Below are positions 1-10,607 of a stretch of DNA of 64,000 nt, piece after piece. The translations under genes and the position numbers were made by a program. The notes beneath the pieces are model-generated. The model searched no databases. It saw only the letters and a program-made list of their open reading frames with translations, and had not been told where the DNA came from. The stretch spans positions 64,001-128,000 of the forward strand of contig CAWCNS010000004.1 of assembly GCA_963796965.1 (NCBI GenBank), written 5' to 3'. The first letter of the stretch is position 1, and each line of letters begins with the position of its first letter. The stretch is from Calditrichia bacterium (lineage in GTDB: Bacteria > Calditrichota > Calditrichia > JAJRVZ01).

Positions 1-12
1 AGTGAAGATAGT

Positions 13-1332
13 ATGAATGTTGAAATTTTATCTCAACCACTGTGGATACTCATCCTACCCGGTACAATTTCAGATATTAAGGAACATTTCATCGAAAATG
101 GCGTGAGCGATATTGTGGTCGATATCGCCTGGCAATTAGGGCGCTTTGAGGTTTTTGACCGTTATGATGTTTGGGATTTAATAAAGAACTATCAACTGGA
201 AAAACCCGGGAACCTCCCCGATTCAGCGGTTTTTGCAATTGGAGATACGATAGAGTGTGATGAGGCATTAATTATTGATGTCCTGAACTTCTCACAAGTT
301 GGTGTGCCGTCGGATGATGATGAGGACGATCGCAATTTCTTTGAATCAATTATTGATGGTCTTTTCAGCAGCGATTCAGAAGATTATTCGGATAATATTC
401 AGACAGACCTCTCTGTTCAATTCAGAAATATAGATCTGACGACTGGAAATGAGATTGACCGTACCTCCGTCTCAGTTTCGCATACTGGTGGGACACAAAC
501 AGAATCAAAAGAAGAGGTTTTAGAAAATTTTAGCGATGTGGTTCTTAATGAAATGCGGATGATTTACCAGTTAGTTTCAGAGGTGACGCGCATTGATGGG
601 GTGGACCTTGATCTGTATATTGGTTCAAACCTTGGCATTAGTAACAACACCTTGTTTGAAATTATCGAACCGGAAATGATCGAAAAGACAGGTGACGAAG
701 ACTTAATATATCCGGGAGAGTCTGTTGGTCTGGCTTGTGTTCAGAGTGTCAGAGATACCCTTAATCGTTCTTTGGTTATAAGGCAATGGAGTTCCATTGA
801 GCCTGGATTTTATGCTTATGAATTCACAAAAAATATTCATGGGATTCAATTCTATTATATTCCTGGATTTCCAGGGGATTATATGTCCATCGGAGGACAA
901 TATCATCATAACCCCCTGGGTGATTGGGATGTTGGTGGTGGCATATGCTATATCAATGTTACTGATTCATATAATGAAACGAATCACGGTCTTGGATTTG
1001 GCGTATTTGGTTCCAGAAGGCTTTGGACTACAACCTCATTGACTATTCGTGCCAATATCGACCTCAATCTTAACATCCCATTTAAAGAAGATGATGATAA
1101 CCAAACAGTTTCCACGGGGGTGTTTTCGGGGTCACTTGGGATTTCTGCCAGCTTCATGCTAACAAAAATTTCTGATATAGAGGTAAATCTCGCTTACCGT
1201 GTGTCAACACATTCATCAACCTGGACGTACTCCAAGAAAGAGGAATACGATGCTTTTTGGTATGATGAGCCACCGGTTGTTGATATTAGCGGATTTTATA
1301 TGTCTTTGGGATACAAATTGATTTTATTTTGA
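13..1332 (+). CDS. Hypothetical envelope protein (CsgG/FlgT-like N-terminal and middle region, C-terminal outer-membrane beta-barrel-like segment); probably 5'-truncated by the window edge
   Basis: 439 aa ORF open from the window start; alternating hydrophobic beta-strands in the last ~170 aa, ending in aromatic ...LGYKLILF. Confidence 0.5.
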   Translation: MNVEILSQPLWILILPGTISDIKEHFIENGVSDIVVDIAWQLGRFEVFDRYDVWDLIKNYQLEKPGNLPDSAVFAIGDTIECDEALIIDVLNFSQVGVPSDDDEDDRNFFESIIDGLFSSDSEDYSDNIQTDLSVQFRNIDLTTGNEIDRTSVSVSHTGGTQTESKEEVLENFSDVVLNEMRMIYQLVSEVTRIDGVDLDLYIGSNLGISNNTLFEIIEPEMIEKTGDEDLIYPGESVGLACVQSVRDTLNRSLVIRQWSSIEPGFYAYEFTKNIHGIQFYYIPGFPGDYMSIGGQYHHNPLGDWDVGGGICYINVTDSYNETNHGLGFGVFGSRRLWTTTSLTIRANIDLNLNIPFKEDDDNQTVSTGVFSGSLGISASFMLTKISDIEVNLAYRVSTHSSTWTYSKKEEYDAFWYDEPPVVDISGFYMSLGYKLILF

Positions 1333-1333
1333 A

Positions 1334-1425
1334 AAGAAAATGGGCTAGAGAGAAGATATCAGTCCTGGAAACCGGAAACTGCAGACCGGAGACCGAAATC
1401 AATCCCAAATACCTAATTCCTAATT
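1334..1425. repeat. Dispersed intergenic repeat, copy 1 (inverse of 19424-19517)
   Basis: Core GAAACCGGAAACTGCAGACCGGAGAC(C/T)GAAATCAATCCCAAATACC matches the reverse complement of the 19.4 kb copy with one mismatch; followed by heptamer tail TAATTCC. Confidence 0.85.
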
Positions 1426-1626
1426 ACATTCAGTATTACCTTATGGTGAAAATTACCTTCCCGGACCTTAAGGTCTGAGCTAAATGGGTTTCTTCTTTAC
1501 CGACGATTATCAGGCCAACTACCTCATATCCCCAATGCCATATTCTTTGGTTTGAATAAATATTTATCTCTTCAATAATTTTGCCTAAATTTATCGAAAT
1601 ACATCACTACGCAGAAAGGATAGACA

Positions 1627-3027
1627 ATGATCTATAAAATGGTTTCATCAATCCCATGGGAGATATTCCTGGTCTTTTTAGTTTTTGCTTGTTCAACGTC
1701 GAGTAATAATGAAAAAAAATCATCTTTCACCGGGGCTAAGGGTGAGGTTAAACTTATAACCTTGGATCCGGGACATTTCCATGCCGGTTTGGTGCAGAAA
1801 ATTATGTATGATCAGGTTGATCCCCTTGTCCATGTATTTGCTCCCGAAGGCGAAGATATTCAGTTGCACCTCAACCGGATTGAGAATTTCAATAAACGCG
1901 TAGAGAATCCAACCCATTGGGAAGAAAAAGTATATCTCGGTGAAGATTTCTTCGAAAGATTAATCGCTACAAAGCCCGGAAATGTTGTCGTCATTTCGGG
2001 CAACAATCAGAATAAAACGGAATATATTAATAAAGCAGTTAATGCCGGGTTAAATGTGCTGGCCGATAAACCAATGGTAATAAATGCGGATGATTTTGAA
2101 TTGTTAAAGGCAACTTTTAAATCTGCCGAAAAAAACGGTGTCCTGCTCTATGATATCATGACAGAGCGTTTTGAAATTACCATTACCCTGCAGAAGGAAT
2201 TGTCACAGATGGCAGAGGTTTTTGGTCAGTTAAAACCGGGAAGTTTAGAAGAACCATCCGTAACAAAAGAAAGTGTCCATCATTATTTTAAATATGTCTC
2301 GGGAAAACCGCTTCAACGATCACCCTGGTATTACGATGTAACACAACAGGGGGAAGGCGTTGTTGACGTGACGACCCATCTTGTCGATATGGTTCAATGG
2401 GAATGCTTTCCTGGGCAAGTTATTGATTACCAAAAGGATATTGAAATTTTGAGGGCCAGGCGCTGGCCTACTATTATTACACCGGAAAAATTTAAAAAAT
2501 CTACGGGTCAATCGAATTATCCGGATTACCTGAAAAAAGATATTGGAAAAGACAACAACCTCATGGTCTATGCCAACGGGGATATTTCCTATAAAATAAA
2601 AGGTATTCATGCCAAAGTTTCGGTTATTTGGGATTTTCAAGCCCCTGAGGGAGCGGGAGATACCCACTTTTCTATTATGAGAGGTACTAAAGCCAATTTG
2701 ATTATTAGTCAGGGAAAAGAACAGAATTACAAACCTGAGTTATATATTGAGGGTGTGACAGATTTAGATGAAAATGTTTTACAGGGAGCGATTGCAAAAC
2801 TGAGTGAGAAATACCCGGGTATCGGACTTGAAAAGTTAGATAAAAAATGGCGGGTGGTAATTCCACAGAAATATCATATCGGTCACGAAGCCCATTTTGG
2901 ACAGGTAATGGAAAAGTATCTGCAATATCTCACGGAAGGCACGCTACCTGATTGGGAAGTACCGAATATGCTTGCCAAGTATTATACCACCACCAGGGCC
3001 TTGCAACTGGCAGAAACAGTGAAATGA
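1627..3027 (+). CDS. Gfo/Idh/MocA-like putative oxidoreductase lipoprotein
   Basis: Lipobox-like VFAC; motifs LDPGHFHA, NVLADKPM, DVTTHLVD; RBS AAGGA upstream. Confidence 0.8.
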   Translation: MIYKMVSSIPWEIFLVFLVFACSTSSNNEKKSSFTGAKGEVKLITLDPGHFHAGLVQKIMYDQVDPLVHVFAPEGEDIQLHLNRIENFNKRVENPTHWEEKVYLGEDFFERLIATKPGNVVVISGNNQNKTEYINKAVNAGLNVLADKPMVINADDFELLKATFKSAEKNGVLLYDIMTERFEITITLQKELSQMAEVFGQLKPGSLEEPSVTKESVHHYFKYVSGKPLQRSPWYYDVTQQGEGVVDVTTHLVDMVQWECFPGQVIDYQKDIEILRARRWPTIITPEKFKKSTGQSNYPDYLKKDIGKDNNLMVYANGDISYKIKGIHAKVSVIWDFQAPEGAGDTHFSIMRGTKANLIISQGKEQNYKPELYIEGVTDLDENVLQGAIAKLSEKYPGIGLEKLDKKWRVVIPQKYHIGHEAHFGQVMEKYLQYLTEGTLPDWEVPNMLAKYYTTTRALQLAETVK

Positions 3028-3224
3028 GATATTTGGAATATGAACTTTATTTGAGTGACGTGATGTGAATTTCCCAACTGTCAGCTGATCTGTGCTGAGT
3101 TAATCAGGCCGGCAATTAATCCTCCTTCAATCTTGAGATAGGCGTCCTCCGACTAAATTTTTTATAAAAAAGTGAATAAATCACTTTACTCGGGCGTTTA
3201 TAGAGGAAAAACAAGGAGATAAAT

Positions 3225-3851
3225 ATGAATCGGATCAAAAAATTAACTTTTATTATAAGCTGCATCTTAATAACCAATAACCTGATGGCCACTGAGGAAC
3301 CTAAATTTAAGCTGCTCGAAGAATCTGATAATTTCCAGATTCGAGAATATAGTGCTTTTATCGTTGCGGAAATGATTATCAACGGAGAATTTGAAGAGGC
3401 CAGCAATGACGCCTTTTCCACCCTGGTCGGCTATATTGGCGGGAAAAACATCAGTCAGGAATCAATTGAAATGACAGCACCTGTAAACCAGGAAAAACTG
3501 CCGGAGCAGAGTCAGGAAATAGAAATGACAGCTCCGGTCGCACAGGAAAAAGTGGCCTCTGGTCAATATAGAATTTCTTTTGTCATGCCCGACCGTTTCA
3601 CCCTTGCTACCTTGCCCAAACCGGAAGATGAACGGGTGCAGGTACGCGAAGTACCCGCTAAAAAAATGGCTGTTATCAAATACTCCGGGACATGGTCTGA
3701 AGAACGCTATAAAGAGCATGAAACGCTACTGTATAGTTTTGTCAAAAAAAAAGGCTATCAAATAACAGGCAATCCAATATGGGCACGCTATGATCCGCCT
3801 TTTATGCCCTGGTTTATGCGCCGGAATGAGATTATGATAGAAATTAAATAA
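3225..3851 (+). CDS. SOUL heme-binding family protein
   Basis: Signal peptide; AFxxLxGYIGGKN, two IEMTAPV motifs, ARYDPPF..RRNEI. Confidence 0.9.
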   Translation: MNRIKKLTFIISCILITNNLMATEEPKFKLLEESDNFQIREYSAFIVAEMIINGEFEEASNDAFSTLVGYIGGKNISQESIEMTAPVNQEKLPEQSQEIEMTAPVAQEKVASGQYRISFVMPDRFTLATLPKPEDERVQVREVPAKKMAVIKYSGTWSEERYKEHETLLYSFVKKKGYQITGNPIWARYDPPFMPWFMRRNEIMIEIK

Positions 3852-3930
3852 TCTGTAGCCAGCAAGGGATCTAAATCATATCGATCTTGTAAATCCTGTC
3901 AAATATTTTAGTTCCATTAGTCATTTGATA

Positions 3931-6900
3931 TTATCTCATCAATATGAGTTTCTTATTAATCACAACATCACCCGCCTGCAATTGGTAAATATAAACACCA
4001 CTGGCCAAATCACGACCAGCTGCATCACGCCCATTCCATACCAGGCTATGAGAGCCGGCATTATATCTTTGATCGGTTAACTGGCGTACTTCCTGACCGA
4101 GGACATTAAATATTCTCAATCGTACGAGGGCGCTCTTTACGAGATCAAAGCGAATGGTTGTTTCCGGATTAAATGGGTTGGGATAATTCTGGTGGAGATA
4201 TGTTTTTTCTGGTATAACGGCTATTGATTGTTCAATGATGTCGTTAACAGGTGGCTCTTCTGCACAGCGGCTTCTGATACTATAAGCCGGGCCATCATCG
4301 ATCGCTGGTGCCCCTGATTGATCATGCGGAATAGTTACATAAAATTGGGCCGTTCCTTTGTTACCGGCTGAATCACTGACTGAGACATGAACGGTGTATA
4401 CCCGACCATTGCCTTCGCCATTTCTTTCCTGGCGTAGCAATACGGTTCTGCAAAATGGGCCAATTATAATATCGGGAAATAGGTTGTCGTACTCATCATC
4501 GTCCCAATTATCATCCCATTCGTCATCGTCATCATCTCCATCCCCATCTTTATTCACCTTATCGCTATCATCATTGTCAAAGGGATTGCCCCCGCATAAT
4601 TCTGAAAAGAGACTGTCCATATCATCGAAATCAAAGGCAAATCGCGATGAATCCGCTTCATCACTCCAAACCGAATCGATTACCACATCTTTTAGGGAGA
4701 TTGAGCCATCGGCTGAATCTTCAACTGAAATAATATGTCGCTTCAACCAGATCCAGGCATATTTATGGTTAGGTGGCCAGAGTTCTACAGTATCCTTTAC
4801 TGTAATTATCGGCGGATCCAAATCGCCGTTTGAGGTCAGCACCATAGTATTCGTGTCGCTGGCAACATTATTATTAAGATCAGGATCGATAGCAATGCTG
4901 TCTATTACATGGGCCATATTAACTAAAAAAGTACTATCCGGTGTTGTTGGGTCAACCGTTGCAGTTACAGCGTAAATGATTCCGGCACCCTTTGGCAACA
5001 TAATACCTGTATCGTTTATATCACCTGTACCCGATGGATCAAAACCCGATGCACCGCCTGATCCGGTAGCGCTCCAGGATACGGAAGTCAGTTGACCGGG
5101 AAAGGTGTCTGTTACAGTCGTGTTTGTGACCACAACCGGACCATCATTGCCTACTGTGATCCTATAGGTAAGATTGCCGCCGGGAGCCACGCGGGTTACG
5201 TTATCATCCTTGACAATGGCCAGATCTGCCCGGTTCAATACTTTTGTATCATCATCTGTGTCGGAATTGTTGCCGGGTAGCGGATCATAAATGATATCAT
5301 CAAATACGTTGGCCATGTTTGTCAGGAGAGTTTGATCTGTTAAGGTGGAATCAACGATTCCCGATACTGTATAGGTGACTTCTGAACCAACGGGAAGATT
5401 GATATCACTATCATTGATGTTACCGATGCCAGAAGGTTCGAATCCAGCAGCACCGCCCGAACCAATCGCAGTCCAGGCTGTATTAAGAAGTTCCGGAGGC
5501 AAACTATCCCATACAGTCGTTCTATGTACATTGTCAGGTCCGTTATTGGTAACCCTAATCGTGTAAGTCAGCTGAATCCCCGAGTAGATCTCGGTAAGAC
5601 CATCTTGTTTTGTAATAGACAAATCAGCTTCCGGACCAACAATTCTACTGTATATTTCCAACTCATCGTCGACGGTTTCAATATGATGATCGCCTGCCCA
5701 AACAACCAAATAACTGTTCAGACCTGTATCACTATATGAAAGCCGGGGACCCTGAGCGCCGTATTTGTAGTCGCCGGGAGGGCCCATGTCACTTATTACA
5801 AAATCATCCGTCTCAATTTCTGCCCCTGTGGTGCTTATCTGTTGTCCGTACACTTCATATTCAGAATTCTGTGCGTCATCACCGCGCCAGATCACTAGAT
5901 AGTCATTATCTTTTGAATTGTGCGCAACCTGAGGACCGAAAGATTGTCCTTTCGAACCTATGATAAAATCGCTCCCTATTTCACCGCCATTATGATCCAG
6001 CAATTGACCATAGATATTCGATCCACTCCATACAGCGAGATATTGATTGTCAATTGCATTCCATACAAGATCTGCATCACGGGAGTTTCCGGTCGGCGTG
6101 GTACCAATTTGCAAGGGATCATTAGCCGGGGTACCATCCTGAGAGAGTCTTCGGCTATAAATAGTATAAATATCTGTAATTCCATTTTCAGCCGACCAGG
6201 CAACAAGCCATTCGTTATCCGTACTATTGAAAACGACGGCCGGGGATTCAGAATCATTGTGATCTGTTCCTGTGGCGGCAACATTGCTGATTTGAAAATC
6301 AGATCCTTCCTCACTGAGTACACCGCTGTTAAAATGCAGGAATTGACCATAAATGGCCTTTTCACCATGTTTCAGACTATCACCATACCACACAACGAGA
6401 TAGTTGTTTTGTGCCGGATTATAAGCAATATCCGGTTCAAGGGCATCCATATGAGCATTATCATCATCAGATCCCATCTGACTGACGCGCAGAAAGTCTG
6501 TAACCAAACCGCCGTTTGAACCGTCCAATTGCAATAATGACCCGTCGGCAGCAAGGCGCCGGGCAAAAATCTCCTCGGCTACACCAGCGTTAGAAGATCT
6601 ATGTGTGCCCTGCCAGACGACAAGAAACTCATTCAGGGTTTCATTGTAGACGGCAACGGGATTTCGGGTGTCAAATTTATCATCACCCTCCATCCGGGAA
6701 ATCATAAAATCATTTGTACCTATTTCATAGCCAGAACCGCCTGCAACCAGTTGGCCGTAGATCTCATCTTTCTCATCATTTTGATCATCTCCACGCCAGA
6801 CAATCAGATAGTTACCAGTTGAGCCGTTATAGGCAAGATGACTCTCCAGGGCCTGTGAAAAATTCGCTATACCTAATCCTCCCATGTTGCTGAGACGCTG

Positions 6901-7125
6901 ATCCCGGATACCAGGTCCCACATTGGGCAGGTCCCGGCCGGCATCATTCGGTATTGTGTTAACGATCTTGTCTGCTTTAGCGGTCCCTGGTTTAGCAGAA
7001 TCATTATTTGATAGAGCAATTTTCTGTGCTGATAAAGGTTGCAAGCAAACAAACATAGTCAACCACAGGACAGTTACCATATAATTTTCTAATTTATTGC
7101 CAGAATTACATTTTTTCCGGATCAT
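3931..7125 (-). CDS. Large secreted/surface protein: beta-propeller-like repeats, 2x DUF11 Ig-like domains, LWPPNHK domain, C-terminal FlgD-Ig/T9SS-like sorting domain
   Basis: Signal peptide; ~7 repeats Px(V/I)AYN..YL(V/I)VW...IYGQ; ADLSITK/ADLAIVK..TYTIxVxNxGP..DPxxxNN; LHQNYPNPFNPETTIRF...LASGVYIYQL; RBS GGAGG. Confidence 0.85.
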   Translation of the reverse strand: MIRKKCNSGNKLENYMVTVLWLTMFVCLQPLSAQKIALSNNDSAKPGTAKADKIVNTIPNDAGRDLPNVGPGIRDQRLSNMGGLGIANFSQALESHLAYNGSTGNYLIVWRGDDQNDEKDEIYGQLVAGGSGYEIGTNDFMISRMEGDDKFDTRNPVAVYNETLNEFLVVWQGTHRSSNAGVAEEIFARRLAADGSLLQLDGSNGGLVTDFLRVSQMGSDDDNAHMDALEPDIAYNPAQNNYLVVWYGDSLKHGEKAIYGQFLHFNSGVLSEEGSDFQISNVAATGTDHNDSESPAVVFNSTDNEWLVAWSAENGITDIYTIYSRRLSQDGTPANDPLQIGTTPTGNSRDADLVWNAIDNQYLAVWSGSNIYGQLLDHNGGEIGSDFIIGSKGQSFGPQVAHNSKDNDYLVIWRGDDAQNSEYEVYGQQISTTGAEIETDDFVISDMGPPGDYKYGAQGPRLSYSDTGLNSYLVVWAGDHHIETVDDELEIYSRIVGPEADLSITKQDGLTEIYSGIQLTYTIRVTNNGPDNVHRTTVWDSLPPELLNTAWTAIGSGGAAGFEPSGIGNINDSDINLPVGSEVTYTVSGIVDSTLTDQTLLTNMANVFDDIIYDPLPGNNSDTDDDTKVLNRADLAIVKDDNVTRVAPGGNLTYRITVGNDGPVVVTNTTVTDTFPGQLTSVSWSATGSGGASGFDPSGTGDINDTGIMLPKGAGIIYAVTATVDPTTPDSTFLVNMAHVIDSIAIDPDLNNNVASDTNTMVLTSNGDLDPPIITVKDTVELWPPNHKYAWIWLKRHIISVEDSADGSISLKDVVIDSVWSDEADSSRFAFDFDDMDSLFSELCGGNPFDNDDSDKVNKDGDGDDDDDEWDDNWDDDEYDNLFPDIIIGPFCRTVLLRQERNGEGNGRVYTVHVSVSDSAGNKGTAQFYVTIPHDQSGAPAIDDGPAYSIRSRCAEEPPVNDIIEQSIAVIPEKTYLHQNYPNPFNPETTIRFDLVKSALVRLRIFNVLGQEVRQLTDQRYNAGSHSLVWNGRDAAGRDLASGVYIYQLQAGDVVINKKLILMR

Positions 7126-7176
7126 AGTGATCCCTCCAACAATTAAATTTCTTTTGATTAACAGGCAATAACTACC

Positions 7177-8503
7177 TCATGCACATAAATATGGATTCAG
7201 CCAACCGGTTTTTGTTTCTGAACCTGCGACGGAAGTAATCTTCTCCCGGTTATCAAGGGGCTCAATTCTGTTCAAAAATTTCATTACTAATTTGTGTACC
7301 TGTTCCTTGTACTTTCCTTAAATACAGAGGGCTGGTAATTTGTTTGCTGGTGGTGTTTACGCTCAATTGTCCGCGTGGACTTTTGAGTGAAATTTTTGCC
7401 ATCGGGGATCCAAGTAATTTTATATCTCTGAAATCACCAGTTAGGTTGTTTACTGCAGTTGTAATGAGTTGAGCCGTTTCAAAACCGAGGACAGCAAATG
7501 GATCGGGCAGACGATTGTATTTATCTTTAAAGGCAATAGAAAAATCAAGATTTTCTACCTGATTCAAACTTGATGACCAGGGGAAACAGGTTGTTATACC
7601 CAAAGCGGCCGCACCGAGTGCCGGTAAATGTGTTTCATCAACTATAAATCCGGATCCTAATAAGGGGATATGTTGTCCGGGTCCGTACTGATGATAGGCT
7701 TGAATAAACTCTACAGCCTCCTCACCGGAGTAAGCAGCAAAAACCAAATCGACTCCGTTCTTATCAATCGATTGGATCAGTGGTTTTAGGTTTTTTTCAT
7801 CGTTTGGTAGATTATTCACCACGGTTTGGATAATTTTACCGCCACTGTTTTCAAACCCCAGATTAAAAGCATAGAGGGCATCATAGCCACTTTCATAAAA
7901 TGAAGCACATACAAATGCCTTTTTACCCAGGTTTTGTGCAGCCCAATTGCCCATCTCCCAGTTGGCTTGCCACATATCAAGTGAATTATGAATAATATAA
8001 GGGCTATTATCTTCGGGATGGATCAGATTTGCACCGACCTGATTGGCGATCAGAATACGATGCTGATCATGAAACAATTGCCTTAATTCTTTATTCACTG
8101 CCATATCTACGATGCCGGTGACAATATCAGCATTTTGTGATTCGATCAGGGATCGTGCTTTTTGTACGACAGATGCCGGGCCAAACCCAACAGGTGTTTC
8201 CAGGAAATGAATCTCACGGCCACCAGCATTATAATCGTTTTTATCAAAATAGAGTCTCAATCCTGCCATCAGATTATCGCTCATGGCTGGATAAATATTC
8301 GAAGCCGGAAGTAAAATACCGATTTTCAGAGCGACTTCTCCAGATATAGACGCCCTCAATTTATTTGCATTTTTTTTACCGCTGTCTTTTAGTATAAGAG
8401 ATGGAAAACCTGGTGAGAGTGCTGAGGCACCTGCTGCAATGCCAAGCGTCGTTAAAAATTTGCGTCTGCTAATAGGTGATTGTGTTGGTAAATTATCTTT
8501 CAT
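7177..8503 (-). CDS. Tat-exported Leu/Ile/Val-type (Peripla_BP_6-like) solute-binding protein; called ORF ends at 7262, but one indel in the A5 run 7274-7278 extends it to a stop at 7177
   Basis: SRRKFL twin-arginine signal; KIGILLP, YDALYAF, FAVLGFETA, SPRG motifs; alternative frame reads ..NEILNRIEPLDNREKITSVAGSETKTGWLNPYLCA*. Confidence 0.8.
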
Positions 8504-8959
8504 GCGGTTCTCCCTTTTAAAAAACGCAATTAAGATTTATGTATAATTGAAGATGTATTTATCTAAATCCATTTACGGAAAGCATTCTAATCTTTTAATA
8601 CTATCTCTTAAAATATTTATTATGCCTTTGCTATCACCTTAAAATATCGTTCATACAATAAATGGATAACAAAGTTCCGTACCAGTATAAAATTCGTCAG
8701 GTGTGCAGGATACTAAAACAAAAATGTCAGAAATATGCAGATGTGATTCTAAAATCACATGTTATCATGACAATGTCAAGAAAAATCATTAAACTTTTTT
8801 TTGACTATGAACAGATAAATCGTATCTTTAATTATTCGAAAAAAGACCTGAATACTCTTTAATAATATAAAATTCTTACCCTGTTATATGTGTCATTGAT
8901 CACAACCTGTAGCAAAAATATTAATTATGATTTAGAGCAGGTTAGATAAAGGAGGTTTT

Positions 8960-9481
8960 ATGTCAGAACCTTTTATCGGTGAGGTGAGAATGTTCGCCGG
9001 CAATTTCGCCCCACGGAGTTGGGCATTCTGCGACGGGCAATTGCTGACCATTTCACAAAATGATGCGCTATTTTCATTGCTGGGTACTATATATGGGGGA
9101 GATGGTCGCACGACATTTGGTTTGCCGGATATGCGCGGAAGGATTCCTATTCATGCCGGCAGTGGTCCCGGTTTAACTCCCCGGAATATAGGTGCAAAAA
9201 GCGGTGCGGAAAGCGTTACCCTGACGCAGAATCAACTTCCCAGACATACCCATAATGCTCGCGCGTTGGATAAACCCGGTGACAGTGGCAATCCACAAAA
9301 CCGGCATTGGGCGTCAACCAGCGGTACTCCTGAGTTTTATAATGCTGGTTCCCCAAATGTAGATATGGATACCAATCTACTTCCGACTGCCGGTGGCAGC
9401 CAATCACATCACAATTTAATGCCTTTCCTATGTATACACTTTATTATTGCCTTAGTTGGTATTTATCCATCACGAGCCTGA
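8960..9481 (+). CDS. Phage tail-collar domain protein (microcystin-dependent-protein-like), paralogue 1
   Basis: MSEPFIGEVRMFAGNFAPRSWAFCDGQLL..LFSLLGTIYGGDGRTTFGLPDMRGR; RHTH; C-terminal HHNLMPFL..IIALVGIYPSR; RBS AAGGAGG. Confidence 0.92.
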   Translation: MSEPFIGEVRMFAGNFAPRSWAFCDGQLLTISQNDALFSLLGTIYGGDGRTTFGLPDMRGRIPIHAGSGPGLTPRNIGAKSGAESVTLTQNQLPRHTHNARALDKPGDSGNPQNRHWASTSGTPEFYNAGSPNVDMDTNLLPTAGGSQSHHNLMPFLCIHFIIALVGIYPSRA

Positions 9482-9492
9482 GGGATATAATC

Positions 9493-10011
9493 ATGAGCGA
9501 ACCTTTTGTAGCAGAAATTCGAATTTTTGCCGGTAATTTTGCCCCAAGGGGCTGGGCATTTTGTAATGGTCAGTTATTGCCGATTTCCCAGAATACGGCT
9601 TTGTTTTCTCTAATTGGTACAACCTATGGCGGGGACGGACGTACCACTACTGCTCTGCCCGATCTTCAGGGACGCGCGCCAATGCATCCCGGCCGGGGGC
9701 CAGGCTTAACGAGTCGCAGATTAGGGGAGAAAAGTGGTGCTGAAACGGCAACTTTAAGCGCTGCTCAAATGCCAAATCATAAACACCTGGCAAAGGCAAG
9801 CAGTGATTTAAGCAAAGAGCAAAAACCAGGTGGAAATATTTGGAGTAAAACGCAAGACCAGGATGCCTACCGCAGTACATCAAGTTATACTAACCTGAGT
9901 AGTCAGTCCATAGAGCAGATAGGCGGCGGGCAGGCGCATAATAATATGCAGCCCTATTTGGCTATTAATTACATCATTGCCCTGACAGGATTATATCCGT
10001 CGCGATCGTAA
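9493..10011 (+). CDS. Phage tail-collar domain protein, paralogue 2
   Basis: Start MSEPFVAEIR at 9493 matches the paralogues; NHKH; HNNMQPYLAINYIIALTGLYPSR. Confidence 0.92.
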   Translation: MSEPFVAEIRIFAGNFAPRGWAFCNGQLLPISQNTALFSLIGTTYGGDGRTTTALPDLQGRAPMHPGRGPGLTSRRLGEKSGAETATLSAAQMPNHKHLAKASSDLSKEQKPGGNIWSKTQDQDAYRSTSSYTNLSSQSIEQIGGGQAHNNMQPYLAINYIIALTGLYPSRS

Positions 10012-10082
10012 TCGAGTCAATACCGATGACCGCTAAATCTTTTACGTAATTTTGCCAAGGTATTTTTTACCAGGAGATTTAT

Positions 10083-10586
10083 ATGAGCGAGCCCTTTTTA
10101 GCAGAGATAAGAATTGTTGCTTTTAATTTTGCCCCCCGCGGCTGGGCTTTTTGTGACGGGCAGATCCTGCCGATCAATCAGAATCAATCACTTTATTCAT
10201 TACTAGGTACCACCTATGGTGGCGATGGCCGAACCAGCTTTGCCCTGCCGGATTTACGGGGCCGGACACCTATTCATGTGAATGGTGCTCATCAGCAGGG
10301 GCAGAAAAGTGGAGAGGAAGCTCATGCGCTTGCGGTGAATGAAATGCCTTCGCATACCCATCCGATAAAGGGTACGGCCGAACAGGCTAATGAGAATGAT
10401 CCTGAGGGAAATGTTTGGGCAGCACAAGCCGGTGGTACCCGGTTTGGCACAGCACCTGCAGATGCATCACTCGCAAGTTTGGCCATTTCTACGAGCGGCG
10501 GAGGACAGGCACATGAGAATATGCAGCCATTTTTGGCTCTGCAATTCGCAATTGCCTTGCAGGGACTATTCCCCTCCCGAAACTAG
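10083..10586 (+). CDS. Phage tail-collar domain protein, paralogue 3
   Basis: MSEPFLAEIRIVAFNFAPRGWAFCDGQ; SHTH; HENMQPFLALQFAIALQGLFPSR; RBS AGGAG. Confidence 0.92.
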   Translation: MSEPFLAEIRIVAFNFAPRGWAFCDGQILPINQNQSLYSLLGTTYGGDGRTSFALPDLRGRTPIHVNGAHQQGQKSGEEAHALAVNEMPSHTHPIKGTAEQANENDPEGNVWAAQAGGTRFGTAPADASLASLAISTSGGGQAHENMQPFLALQFAIALQGLFPSRN

Positions 10587-10607
10587 TGTTTTACTGCAAA
10601 ATATCGA

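Noticed and set aside
4394..6822. Plus-strand ORFs of up to 199 aa (4394-4975, 5920-6519 and others)
   Set aside because: Antisense shadows of the 1064 aa gene; the Ser-rich text mirrors its Asp codons. The same applies to most short nested ORFs in the track.
8960..10586. Prophage or contractile injection system
   Set aside because: Only collar-domain genes are present; no terminase, capsid, sheath, tube, baseplate or integrase in the window
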